DNA from: a virus
Lineage: Duplodnaviria; Heunggongvirae; Uroviricota; Caudoviricetes
Strand: one strand, 5' to 3'
DNA length: 34,518 bases
IMG/VR virus record: IMGVR_UViG_3300029653_000081
Location: 1 to 34,518 of that record
This document shows, piece by piece, positions 25,379-34,518 of the stretch (its first letter is position 1; every line of letters begins with the position of its first letter). The notes under the pieces were generated by a model, which worked only from the letters and a program-made list of their open reading frames with translations, did no database searches and had not been told where the DNA came from. Position numbers and translations under genes: made by a program.

Positions 25379-28300
25379 CTATATTTTTCCGCCTACGCCT
25401 TTAAACTTCTCAATAAACGAGACGATTTTCTGGAAAACTGCCTGTTTTTTCGTTTTATATTGCGGATTCAACGGACTAAGTTTTGGTAATGTTTCGTTTA
25501 ATTCTGTGCCATTTTCGGTGGCGTATTCGCGTTTTAAAGACGTGCGAATATAGCGTTTTGCTGCATCTTCATTGAGATTTTCTTCTTTTATCAATGCTTC
25601 TGCTTCACGTTGCTGTTCGCGTTGAGCAAACGTAAAGAATGCCTCAATGATACTGGCTTTGTCTGGTAAATCATCCAGGTTCGTTTGCTGAATAAAATCG
25701 ACCACCAGGCCCTCTTTCGCCCGGTTCCCCAGGCTTGAACGAATTAAGCGTTTGACCTCTTCGATCATTTCGCCCTTGCCTTTATTTTGTCTGTTGTGTT
25801 CGAAAATCAGTCCAAGGATATAATCCAGGTTTATTTCCTGAGACTTCAGCAAATCGACCTCAAAAACCACGTCATCCCAGTCAGTGGTTGATTTCTCTTT
25901 TTTCTCAGCTTCTTTCTCACGGCGCTGCCAGTCGCGAATATCGTTATAGGCAGAACGATAATCCTGAATCTTGCGATCAGCAGGGAGACGAATTGTTTGC
26001 AATTCAGCGAACTTTTCATCATCCACATAATGTTCTGCTTTGAATTTTTCTACCGCAACAGGATCGCTAAGATCGATTTGTTGCAGGGCTTTTAGCGTGG
26101 CAAATTCATCATAGTTTTGCAGGATGTTCTCGGCACGCAGGTATTCGCCAAACAGTTTAACGAAGTCTTTCTTCTCTTTTTCACTTTCAATACTGGCAGG
26201 GTCAGGGAACCGTTGTTCCAGTTCTGAAACTACTGCCATAAAGCCGCGTTTGGCTTCACCGGTGGCAGCATCAGTAAAACCTTCCATATACTCTGCATAA
26301 CTCTTTTCTAACACCACATTTTTGGTATTTTTATCACCAAACAGCGTTATGGCATCAATGGTTGAGCGTTCCAGATCCCGAAAAGTGACAATGTTACCGA
26401 AGGTTTTAGTGGCGTTATAAATGCGGTTGGTGCGGGAAAATGCCTGCATCAGGCCGTGAAAACGCAAGTTTTTATCGACGAATAGCGTGTTCAATGTTGG
26501 AGCGTCGAAGCCGGTTAAAAACATCCCAACGACAATTAACAGATCGATATCCTGATTTTTAACCCGTTGGGCTAAATCGCGATAGTAGTTCTGAAAACCG
26601 TTACCGTCGGTGCTGAAGTTAGTTTTAAAATAGCTGTTATACTCACGAATTGCAGCGTCAAGAAACTCTTTAGCACTGCTGTCCATTGCGCTGGTATCAA
26701 AAGTTTCATCGGAAATTTCACCAATGGCATTTTGTTCTTCATTAGCGGCAAAGGAGAAGATTGTCGCAACACGCAGCGGTTTATAAGTTGCAGATTTATT
26801 AGCGGCTTCCTCTTGTAACCGTTTAAACGCCGCGTAATAGGCTTTTGCAGCATCCACGCTGCTCACTGCCAACATAGCATTAAAACCTTTTGCGCCAGGG
26901 AAAGTACGGTGCGTCTTCTGGCGGAAGTTATTCAGAATATATTGCGTAATTTCCTGTATACGCATGGGATGAAGAAACGCCTGCTGATTTTCAGCCGCAC
27001 TTAGTTTTTTCTCGTCAGTTTCTGTCTCTAAAGACTTAAACTGTGGCCGCACATCGTTGTAGTCCACCTTGAATTTGAGCACTTTTTCATCACGAATCGC
27101 ATCGGTAATTACATACGAATGCAATTCACGACCAAATACGCTGGCGGTCGTTTCTGAGCCTAAGGCGTTTTCCGGGAAAATAGGTGTGCCGGTAAAACCA
27201 AACTGATAATAGCGTTTGAATTTCTTCTTCAGGTTTTTCTGCGCTTCTCCAAACTGGCTGCGGTGGCATTCATCAAATATAAACACCACTTGCTGATTAT
27301 ATACAGGCAGGTCGCTTTCTGCTTTCATCAGGTTATTGAGTTTCTGAATAGTAGTGACGATAATTTTGTTATCGTCCTTATCCAGATTTCGTTTAAGGCC
27401 TGCGGTATTTTCCGAGCCGTTGACGCTGTCTGGCGAAAAACGCTGATATTCCTTCATGGTCTGGTAATCGAGGTCTTTCCTGTCGACCACAAAGAAGACT
27501 TTATCAATAAAGTCCAGCTCTGTTGCCAGACGCGCGGCTTTAAAGCTGGTGAGGGTTTTACCAGAACCGGTAGTGTGCCAGATATACCCACCGCTTTCCG
27601 GTTTTGACCAGTTCTTCGCTGTAAAGGAACTCTTAATTTTCCACAGAATGCGCTCGGTGGCGGCAATCTGGTACGGTCGCATCACCAGTAGCGTCTGACT
27701 ACTGTCAAAAACGCTGTAGTTCACCAGAACATTCAGCAGAGTATGTTTCTGGAAAAAGGTAGCGGTAAAGTCTTTGAGGTCTTTAATCAGCGTGTTGTCT
27801 GATTTCGCCCAATTCATGGTGAAGTCAAAACTGTTTTTATCGCGCTTTGTCGTGTTGGCAAAATAACGGGTATCGGTGCCGTTAGAAATGACAAACAGTT
27901 GCAGATACTTAAACAGGGAATTTTCGCTGTTAAAACTCTCTTTACTGTAACGATGTATCTGGTTGAAAGCCTCACGAATCGCCACCCCGCGTTTTTTTAG
28001 TTCGATTTGCACCAGCGGTAAACCATTAACCAGGATCGTGACGTCATAACGGTTAGCATGAGAACCCGTCTGTTCAAACTGCTGGATAATCTGCACCTTA
28101 TTGCGCATGAGATTCTTTTTATCTATCAAATAGATGTTCTCAAGTCGCCCGTCATCAAAAATAAAGTCGCAGATATAGTCGATATGGATTTTACGGGTTT
28201 TATCCAGAATACCATCGCTGGGGTTGTCCAGATACTGCTCCGTGAAGCGCCGCCACTCGCTGTCATTAAACATCACACCATTGAGGCTCTGAAGCTGTTC

Positions 28301-28495
28301 CCGAACATTGGACAGCATTGCCGACTGTGATTTTACGGAAATAAATTCATAACCCTGATTTTGCAGGTCCTGAATCAGTTCACGTTCCAGGTCCGATTCG
28401 CTCTGGTAGCTGTCGCCTGTTGGCTCAGCTTTGATGTACTTATCAAGAACGATAAAGTTATTGGATTCAGCAATGGTGTGTGTCTGATGAGTCAT
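25379..28495 (-). CDS. hsdR: Type I restriction enzyme R subunit HsdR (1038 aa)
   Basis: Helicase motifs TTGSGKT and [10 protein letters not shown]; size and position after hsdM-hsdS. Confidence 0.9.
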   Translation of the reverse strand: MTHQTHTIAESNNFIVLDKYIKAEPTGDSYQSESDLERELIQDLQNQGYEFISVKSQSAMLSNVREQLQSLNGVMFNDSEWRRFTEQYLDNPSDGILDKTRKIHIDYICDFIFDDGRLENIYLIDKKNLMRNKVQIIQQFEQTGSHANRYDVTILVNGLPLVQIELKKRGVAIREAFNQIHRYSKESFNSENSLFKYLQLFVISNGTDTRYFANTTKRDKNSFDFTMNWAKSDNTLIKDLKDFTATFFQKHTLLNVLVNYSVFDSSQTLLVMRPYQIAATERILWKIKSSFTAKNWSKPESGGYIWHTTGSGKTLTSFKAARLATELDFIDKVFFVVDRKDLDYQTMKEYQRFSPDSVNGSENTAGLKRNLDKDDNKIIVTTIQKLNNLMKAESDLPVYNQQVVFIFDECHRSQFGEAQKNLKKKFKRYYQFGFTGTPIFPENALGSETTASVFGRELHSYVITDAIRDEKVLKFKVDYNDVRPQFKSLETETDEKKLSAAENQQAFLHPMRIQEITQYILNNFRQKTHRTFPGAKGFNAMLAVSSVDAAKAYYAAFKRLQEEAANKSATYKPLRVATIFSFAANEEQNAIGEISDETFDTSAMDSSAKEFLDAAIREYNSYFKTNFSTDGNGFQNYYRDLAQRVKNQDIDLLIVVGMFLTGFDAPTLNTLFVDKNLRFHGLMQAFSRTNRIYNATKTFGNIVTFRDLERSTIDAITLFGDKNTKNVVLEKSYAEYMEGFTDAATGEAKRGFMAVVSELEQRFPDPASIESEKEKKDFVKLFGEYLRAENILQNYDEFATLKALQQIDLSDPVAVEKFKAEHYVDDEKFAELQTIRLPADRKIQDYRSAYNDIRDWQRREKEAEKKEKSTTDWDDVVFEVDLLKSQEINLDYILGLIFEHNRQNKGKGEMIEEVKRLIRSSLGNRAKEGLVVDFIQQTNLDDLPDKASIIEAFFTFAQREQQREAEALIKEENLNEDAAKRYIRTSLKREYATENGTELNETLPKLSPLNPQYKTKKQAVFQKIVSFIEKFKGVGGKI

Positions 28496-28616
28496 AGCGC
28501 ATCCTTTGTGCCGTCTGGCAAGGGCCGGAAGGGGGGTAATGGTGACTTCCGGCGCGTAAAAAATAGTCTATATACTGACCGGGTGTTAAGGTGGTCCGAT
28601 CGGTAGCAATGATCAA

Positions 28617-29822
28617 TTAATTACTGGCAGTTTCAGGTTTCGGGAAACTGAACAGTAAATCACGGTAGTATTCGTATTGTTTCTGGCGCAACTCGATTTC
28701 ACGCGGAAGACCTTCGGTGATGGAAGCTGCGATTGCATCAAACTTATCCAGAATATCCACAATACGCCCCTGTTCGTCTAAAGATTTTTGAGGGTGAGAT
28801 GGGTATGGAATAGGTACTCTGACTTGTTTCAGTGCATTAGCATTAAACTGTGGTTGCCCACCACCAGATACTAATTTATTAGCCTGTTCCCAAAAAAAAT
28901 CACTTTGTGCAAAGTGCCAGTAATATTTGGCATTAATAATCGTTTTATTTAGGTTCAACTTTATTAAAAAACCAGCGTATACTGCTGGATAATCTTCTTC
29001 AAAAATCATTGTTTTACCAAAGGTTGCCCCAGTTCTTGCCATGAGTAAATCATTTTTGTCTAAGGTATATTTCTCATTTTCCTCATTTAATTCAACGTAC
29101 ATTGGGTTTTCTTTCGATAGCTTCCCGTCTTTATTTATGTCAGTAATTCTCACGAAACGGGCATCTCCTGAATCCATGGCTTTGGCTGCATATCCATATG
29201 TAAAATCTCCAATTTCCCCCAAAGTCTTCCACTCAACCTCACCATCTTTAAAACTCAACAACTGGTCGCGATAGTAGTTGTACTGTTTTTTACGCATGTT
29301 AAGCTCAGCGGTAAGCTCAGCGGTAAGTGCAGTAAATTTATCCAGAATCCGAACGATTTCAGACTGGATGGCAAGGGATTTTTCCGGATTATCCGGGCAG
29401 GGGATGGGGATAGGGAAATTCTCTAAGGTTGATAGCACGATATATGTCATTGCCGCGCTATTTGTTCTTTCCTCGAGATATTTCTTCAGGCTATGGCTAA
29501 GCACAAAATACAAAAATCTAACACTTACATTTTCGTCGAAATTTGTCAGAACATAGGTGCGCTGATAAGCCTCAAACTTGCCGATGTAATGCTTCACCTC
29601 ACCAACATTCGCATTGCCTGCAATCAGCAATGCCTCTGTATCCCAGCGGAATTTATCAATTTTGCTTGTCTCTTTGGCTGTCGTGAAGAACATATACTCT
29701 CCATCATCAACAGCCGCATTCGCATTAAGCTTTCCTGTTTCAATTTTGCAAGTTTGCCCAAGTGTCTTCCACTCAACCTCAACCCCATCCAGCAATTTTT
29801 CCAGATAACTCATCTCGCTCAT
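28617..29822 (-). CDS. hsdS: Type I specificity subunit HsdS (401 aa)
   Basis: Two target-recognition halves each ending in a conserved repeat ([19 protein letters not shown] and [19 protein letters not shown]); 4-nt overlap with hsdM. Confidence 0.85.
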   Translation of the reverse strand: MSEMSYLEKLLDGVEVEWKTLGQTCKIETGKLNANAAVDDGEYMFFTTAKETSKIDKFRWDTEALLIAGNANVGEVKHYIGKFEAYQRTYVLTNFDENVSVRFLYFVLSHSLKKYLEERTNSAAMTYIVLSTLENFPIPIPCPDNPEKSLAIQSEIVRILDKFTALTAELTAELNMRKKQYNYYRDQLLSFKDGEVEWKTLGEIGDFTYGYAAKAMDSGDARFVRITDINKDGKLSKENPMYVELNEENEKYTLDKNDLLMARTGATFGKTMIFEEDYPAVYAGFLIKLNLNKTIINAKYYWHFAQSDFFWEQANKLVSGGGQPQFNANALKQVRVPIPYPSHPQKSLDEQGRIVDILDKFDAIAASITEGLPREIELRQKQYEYYRDLLFSFPKPETASN

Positions 29823-31381
29823 TTCTGCACCTCGCAGCCTTCAATTTCAGCCACAATTGCATCAATATCTTTACGCAACTGGTCGATTTTGCTGACCGTG
29901 GTTTTCAGCTCTGCATTCAGCTCACCGATATCGATAATTTCGCGGTTATCTTTCGCTTCCACATAGCTGCTCACCGACAGGTTATAGTCATTCGCGACAA
30001 CAGTCTCAAACGCAACAGATTTCGCCAGATGAGCAACATCTTCCTTGCTGGCAAATACCTGCATAATCTGTTCGATATGGGCATCGGTCAGGATATTGTT
30101 GTTGGTTTCTTTTTTGAACAGTTCGCTGGCATCAATAAACTGAACTTTGGTATCCGTTTTATGTTTAGACAGCACCAGAATGTTTACAGCAATAGTGGTG
30201 CCAAAGAACAGGTTCGGTGCCAGTGAAATCACGGTTTCGACATAGTTATTATCGACCAGATACTGACGGATTTTCTGCTCCGCGCCGCCACGGTAAAAAA
30301 TACCCGGGAAGCAGACAATCGCAGCACGACCTTTGGCCGAAAGATAGTTCAGCGCATGTAGTACAAACGCAAAGTCAGCTTTGGATTTGGGGGCCAGGAC
30401 GCCAGCCGGGGCAAAACGTTCATCGTTAATCAGCGTCGGGTCATCGCTGCCAATCCATTTCACCGAATACGGCGGGTTAGAAACGATGGCATCAAACGGT
30501 TTTTCATCTCTGAAGTGTGGCTCAGTCAGTGTATTACCCAGCTTGATATCAAACTTGTCGTAGTTGATGTTGTGCAAAAACATGTTCATACGTGCCAGGT
30601 TATAGGTTGTATGGTTGATTTCCTGACCAAAAAAGCCTTCTTCGATGATATGGTTATCAAACTGCTTTTTAGCCTGCAACAACAGTGAGCCGGAACCCGC
30701 TGCCGGGTCGTAGATTTTGTTAACGTTGGTCTGCCCGTGCATAGCCAGTTGTGCAATCAGCTTGGAGACGTGCTGCGGTGTAAAGAACTCACCGCCTGAC
30801 TTACCGGCATTTGCCGCATAGTTAGAAATCAGGAACTCATAGGCATCACCGAACAGGTCAATCTGATGTTCGTTGAAGTCACCAAGTTTTAACCCTTCAA
30901 CCCCTTTCAGAACCGCAGCCAGGCGGGCATTTTTATCTTTAACGGTGTTACCCAGGCGGTTACTGGTGGTATCGAAATCAGCAAACAAACCTTTGATGTC
31001 TGCTTCTGAAGGGTAGCCGTAAGCAGAACTTTCGATAGCAACGAAGATGCTGTTTAAATCTGCGTTCAGTCTGTCATTGGTATTTGCTTTCGCAGCTACG
31101 TTGCAGAAAAGCTGACTGGGGTAGATGAAGTAGCCTTTAGTTTTGATGGCATCGTCTTTAATGTCATCAGTAATTACGCTGTCATCCAGTTTCGCATAAC
31201 AGATACTGTCATCACCGGCTTCAATATAACTGGAAAAATTTTCGCTGATAAAACGGTAGAAAAGTGCGCCCAGAACGTATTGCTTAAAATCCCATCCATC
31301 GACCGAACCCCTGACATCGTTAGCAATTTGCCAGATTTGACGATGAAGCTCTGCACGTTGTTGAATACTTGTCATTTTCAT
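29819..31381 (-). CDS. hsdM: Type I N6-adenine methyltransferase HsdM (520 aa)
   Basis: NPPY motif ([10 protein letters not shown]) and AdoMet-binding [11 protein letters not shown]. Confidence 0.9.
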   Translation of the reverse strand: MKMTSIQQRAELHRQIWQIANDVRGSVDGWDFKQYVLGALFYRFISENFSSYIEAGDDSICYAKLDDSVITDDIKDDAIKTKGYFIYPSQLFCNVAAKANTNDRLNADLNSIFVAIESSAYGYPSEADIKGLFADFDTTSNRLGNTVKDKNARLAAVLKGVEGLKLGDFNEHQIDLFGDAYEFLISNYAANAGKSGGEFFTPQHVSKLIAQLAMHGQTNVNKIYDPAAGSGSLLLQAKKQFDNHIIEEGFFGQEINHTTYNLARMNMFLHNINYDKFDIKLGNTLTEPHFRDEKPFDAIVSNPPYSVKWIGSDDPTLINDERFAPAGVLAPKSKADFAFVLHALNYLSAKGRAAIVCFPGIFYRGGAEQKIRQYLVDNNYVETVISLAPNLFFGTTIAVNILVLSKHKTDTKVQFIDASELFKKETNNNILTDAHIEQIMQVFASKEDVAHLAKSVAFETVVANDYNLSVSSYVEAKDNREIIDIGELNAELKTTVSKIDQLRKDIDAIVAEIEGCEVQK

Positions 31382-31489
31382 CCACTTATTTCAGGCTTAT
31401 GTAATTGGCGGTGATTCTACAGCAACTTGGATGCTTTAGCAGTTCGGACATTAGGCTACGAATGACCTGCCTAGAGGTTTGTTAAGCCG

Positions 31490-31552
31490 CAAAGTGCTGG
31501 TGCTTTATGCCTGTGAAGTTTATAATTGTGTACACATAACGAGTACACGAGG
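31490..31552 (+). promoter_or_regulatory. phd-doc promoter with Phd operator palindromes
   Basis: TATAAT at 31521-31526 followed by palindromic GTGTACAC (31528-31535) and GAGTACAC (31541-31548), then the SD. Confidence 0.65.
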
Positions 31553-31557
31553 TGTTT

Positions 31558-31779
31558 ATGCAATCCATTAACTTCCGTACCGCGCGCGGCAACCTTTCTG
31601 AAGTGCTCAACAATGTTGAAGCCGGGGAAGAGGTTGAAATCACCCGCAGAGGTCGTGAGCCAGCAGTAATTGTCAGCAAGGCTACTTTCGAAGCCTACAA
31701 AAAAGCGGCGCTGGATGCTGAATTTGCATCCCTGTTTGACACCCTGGACTCCACCAACAAGGAACTGGTTAACCGATAA
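31558..31779 (+). CDS. phd: Phd antitoxin (73 aa)
   Basis: [39 protein letters not shown]... matches P1 Phd as recalled; stop overlaps doc start (TAATG). Confidence 0.95.
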
Positions 31780-32159
31780 TGAGGCATATATCACCGGAAG
31801 AACTTATTGCGCTTCATGATGCGAATATAAGCCGCTACGGCGGCCTGCCGGGAATGTCAGATCCGGGTAGGGCAGAGGCCATTATCGGGAGAGTTCAGGC
31901 CAGAGTTGCCTACGAAGAGATCACCGACCTTTTCGAAGTCTCCGCCACCTACCTGGTGGCTACAGCGAGAGGGCATATATTCAATGATGCCAATAAGCGT
32001 ACCGCGCTAAACAGCGCGCTGCTATTTCTACGCCGTAACGGGGTGCAGGTATTTGATTCACCTGAACTGGCAGACCTTACTGTAGGCGCTGCGACTGGCG
32101 AGATATCTGTATCTTCTGTCGCCGACACGTTACGTAGATTGTATGGTTCTGCGGAGTAG
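31779..32159 (+). CDS. doc: Doc toxin (Fic-fold kinase, 126 aa)
   Basis: Fic-type motif [10 protein letters not shown]; tight coupling to phd. Confidence 0.95.
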
Positions 32160-32163
32160 ATTA

Positions 32164-32343
32164 ATGGCACGCAAATACAACAAATTGTCCCGTGAAGCGT
32201 TAAAGATGCTTCTTGATGGCGTGAGTCGCCGCGAGGTAAAGCAATACCTGGTTGGTAAGCAAATTGGAGCCAGGACTGCTATTGCTGTGTTATGCCGTCA
32301 GGAAATGGTTGTGCTTAAACAGAGAATGCCGGGCAGCAGATAA
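32164..32343 (+). CDS. Post-doc small protein (pdcA-like, 59 aa)
   Basis: ATG 5 nt after the doc stop; assigned by position. Confidence 0.4.
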   Translation: MARKYNKLSREALKMLLDGVSRREVKQYLVGKQIGARTAIAVLCRQEMVVLKQRMPGSR

Positions 32344-32370
32344 AGCCCAATCAGTGATTAAAGGTGTGAT

Positions 32371-33414
32371 GTGAAAGCCGTAATTACTCCCTTTGTACAG
32401 AAAGAGCTTGGCCTCGCCACGTTCAAAGTGGATCAGGAGGTCAGAAAGCTGGTGGAGGCTGGCCGTAAATTTATTATGGAGCCGGTGCCGCGTGAGTTAA
32501 TCGAGCACATGGAAGACGGCCTCGTTGTTACCGAGCAAACCATGGCAACAAATGAGGCGTTGCAGCCGTTTTTTAACAGCGATGAACTGTTTCGCCGTAT
32601 TGGTGGAATTGACGCGCTGGTGGCGTGGTTGCGCAGGAAAGAGGGGCAATGCCAGGCCGCAGATCGTAGTTGGTGTGACAACCATATTGTCCACGCTGAA
32701 CGAGACAATAGCGCGGTGTTGTTGTGCTGGCATCACGATCACCATTATCGGATGCGTGGTTTTAATGAGCTGAAAGAAACGCTGCACAATAATCGCGTTA
32801 ACTGGATACTGGATGTCGCCCGTCAGGAAATGGGCCTTTCAAATAGCCATGATTTAAGTATTCAGGAGCTGTGCTGGTGGGCTTTCATGCGCAACATGAT
32901 GCACCTGATGCCGGAAGAAGTCTGCCGCATATCAATAAATAAGATGAAGGCTATTCCGCAGGATAGCGGACCTCTGAAAGAGGCGGATATTCGCCCGTAT
33001 GACGATCGCGCTACAGCATATGTTCAGATGATGGAAGAACGCGCCGCGCCGATGCGTGCAAAAGTATGCCCTGTGGATGTTGACTCCGACCCAGGTATGG
33101 CGCATTTCAAAATACCAAAACTTCAATCGCTAAAATTGCCCGAGTACATGGACTTTGTGGCTTCCCGTCCATGCTGTGGCTGTGGAGCTGCGGGAGCTGG
33201 CGCTCACATTACGCCTTATATAGTTCGTCATAGTCGATTATGCGCGCATGACATTTATGCTATTCCTCTGTGCCAGTCATGCCAGCGTGATATTGAGCGT
33301 GACCGCGATAATTGGGAGAAGACGCACGGTAGGCTGGCGATGCATCAACGATTGTTCTTTGATTACGCGCTTGGAGTTGGCGCTATCACAAGTCATTCGT
33401 CGAGTGTTAGATAA
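32371..33414 (+). CDS. Post-doc protein (pdcB-like, 347 aa), Cys/His-rich
   Basis: GTG start with AAAGG SD; Cys/His clusters ([31 protein letters not shown]) suggest metal binding. Confidence 0.5.
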   Translation: MKAVITPFVQKELGLATFKVDQEVRKLVEAGRKFIMEPVPRELIEHMEDGLVVTEQTMATNEALQPFFNSDELFRRIGGIDALVAWLRRKEGQCQAADRSWCDNHIVHAERDNSAVLLCWHHDHHYRMRGFNELKETLHNNRVNWILDVARQEMGLSNSHDLSIQELCWWAFMRNMMHLMPEEVCRISINKMKAIPQDSGPLKEADIRPYDDRATAYVQMMEERAAPMRAKVCPVDVDSDPGMAHFKIPKLQSLKLPEYMDFVASRPCCGCGAAGAGAHITPYIVRHSRLCAHDIYAIPLCQSCQRDIERDRDNWEKTHGRLAMHQRLFFDYALGVGAITSHSSSVR

Positions 33415-33415
33415 A

Positions 33416-33432
33416 ATTGCTCTAATGTATTG
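33416..33432 (+). promoter_or_regulatory. C1 repressor operator upstream of lpa
   Basis: ATTGCTCTAATGTATTG, immediately after the pdcB stop. Confidence 0.7.
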
Positions 33433-33502
33433 CTATTTCTTTAATCGAGGGTATTATATTCGACGTTGATTAGTTGACATGGGCTAATCAGTAGGTGACA
33501 GG

Positions 33503-33955
33503 ATGTTACTTAACTGGCAGGGACGCCACTTCATGGAAATAAATCACTCACGAATAACATCGTACGAGATTGCGGATTACATGATCCGCACTAAATCTCT
33601 TCTATCAGCGAAAGAACTCGCAGCAATTCTTGAAAAGGAATACCCGCATCTGGATGTCGATAAGCGCGATGTTTATCTGCGCTTAAAGGCTATCGCTGTG
33701 TCTAAGTATTCGTCTGTTTTGATTGATGACAGTACACGCCCACGTAGATTTCAGATCCACTCTCTGAATCCTGAATTCTTTCGCCGCAGTCGCGCTCCGC
33801 GCCGGTTTGATGAAAAACTCCAGAACGAACTCTATATGACGCAGGACGAAAAGGAACGCCGGGAGCACCAGCCTTGGGTAATGGCGCGTCAATTTTTCAA
33901 TAAGGTGGTCCGTCAGCACCGTCATTACGGTAATGCCACATCCGCACGTATCTGA
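33503..33955 (+). CDS. lpa: Late promoter activator Lpa-like protein (150 aa)
   Basis: ATG at 33503 with AGGTGA SD; sits between a C1 operator and pacA as in P1. Confidence 0.6.
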   Translation: MLLNWQGRHFMEINHSRITSYEIADYMIRTKSLLSAKELAAILEKEYPHLDVDKRDVYLRLKAIAVSKYSSVLIDDSTRPRRFQIHSLNPEFFRRSRAPRRFDEKLQNELYMTQDEKERREHQPWVMARQFFNKVVRQHRHYGNATSARI

Positions 33956-34041
33956 TTGATTGCTTGCCCGTTCCGGGCCTTTTGACATGTGACTTTCGTT
34001 ACCCTCGCGTCAAAAAGAGTTTTATACGAAAGGAAGCATAA

Positions 34042-34455
34042 GTGACCTGGGACGATCACAAGAAGAATTTTGCTCGCCTGGCGCGAGATGGTGGTTACAC
34101 CATCGCACAATATGCCGCCGAGTTTAATCTCAACCCAAACACCGCACGTCGTTATCTCCGTGCATTCAAAGAAGACACCGGAACAGCGGACAGCCGTAAG
34201 CCAAATAAGCCTGTCAGGAAACCACTAAAAAGCATGATCATTGATCACGCTAATGATCAACGTGCAGGTGATCACGTTGTGGCTGAAATGGATGAAAAAC
34301 AAAGAGTTAATGCCGTTGTCAGTGCCGCAGTCGATAATGCGAAGCGCCAAAATAAGCGCATAAATGATCGTTCAGATGATCATGACGTGATCACCCGCGC
34401 CCACCGGACCTTACGTGATCGCCTGGAACGCGACACCCTGGATGGGCTTTGTTGA
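34042..34455 (+). CDS. pacA: PacA terminase subunit, N-terminal part; reading frame ends after 137 codons
   Basis: GTG start with AGGAAG SD; the pac site lies within it; TGA at 34453-34455 and all three frames close within about 40 nt. Confidence 0.6.
   Translation: MTWDDHKKNFARLARDGGYTIAQYAAEFNLNPNTARRYLRAFKEDTGTADSRKPNKPVRKPLKSMIIDHANDQRAGDHVVAEMDEKQRVNAVVSAAVDNAKRQNKRINDRSDDHDVITRAHRTLRDRLERDTLDGLC
34235..34393 (+). other. pac: pac packaging site with seven TGATC(A/G) hexamers
   Basis: Four hexamers at 34235-34274 and three at 34365-34393 flank an about 90-bp spacer, the 4+3 arrangement of the P1 pac site; each carries a Dam GATC. Confidence 0.85.
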
Positions 34456-34518
34456 ATAAATCGAACTTTTGCTGAGTTGAAGGATCAGATCACGCATCTT
34501 CCCGACAACGCAGACCGT

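Noticed and set aside
1-34518. tRNA genes
   Set aside because: No convincing cloverleaf with a GTTCGAATC-type T-arm was found in intergenic regions by eye; a tRNAscan run would be needed to be sure.

Overview
This window reads as a segment of a P1-like temperate phage-plasmid (Enterobacteriaceae), identified from sequence features and recalled P1 biology, not from any database search. Left to right: the end of an IS1 copy that appears to have truncated a small secreted-protein gene; the immunity-I region (C1 operator, c4 antisense RNA with visible target complementarity, icd, ant); the kilA-repL lytic replicon; a hok/mok/sok-type toxin-antitoxin locus; a minus-strand virion-structural block; the parS-parB-parA partition module; the repA plasmid replicon with incA/incC iterons and a GATC-rich origin; a spanin-like pair and a PAAR-like protein; a C1-operator-controlled uhr-rdgC(hrdC)-dmt operon; an accessory block of two paralogous Rossmann-motif genes, a lambda-type phosphatase and a frameshifted glycosyltransferase-like gene; a coiled-coil protein operon; a HAD-like phosphatase; a complete Type I R-M system (hsdM-hsdS-hsdR); phd-doc; pdcA/pdcB; lpa; and the start of pacA with the seven-hexamer pac site. 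The most unusual observations are an intein with a LAGLIDADG endonuclease inserted at the catalytic PCQ motif of the Dmt cytosine methyltransferase, a Dam-like domain lacking DPPY fused to a nuclease-like tail, and the accessory gene block between dmt and the Type I R-M system. Coordinates of many starts are approximate; the ORF track uses non-ATG starts in several places.
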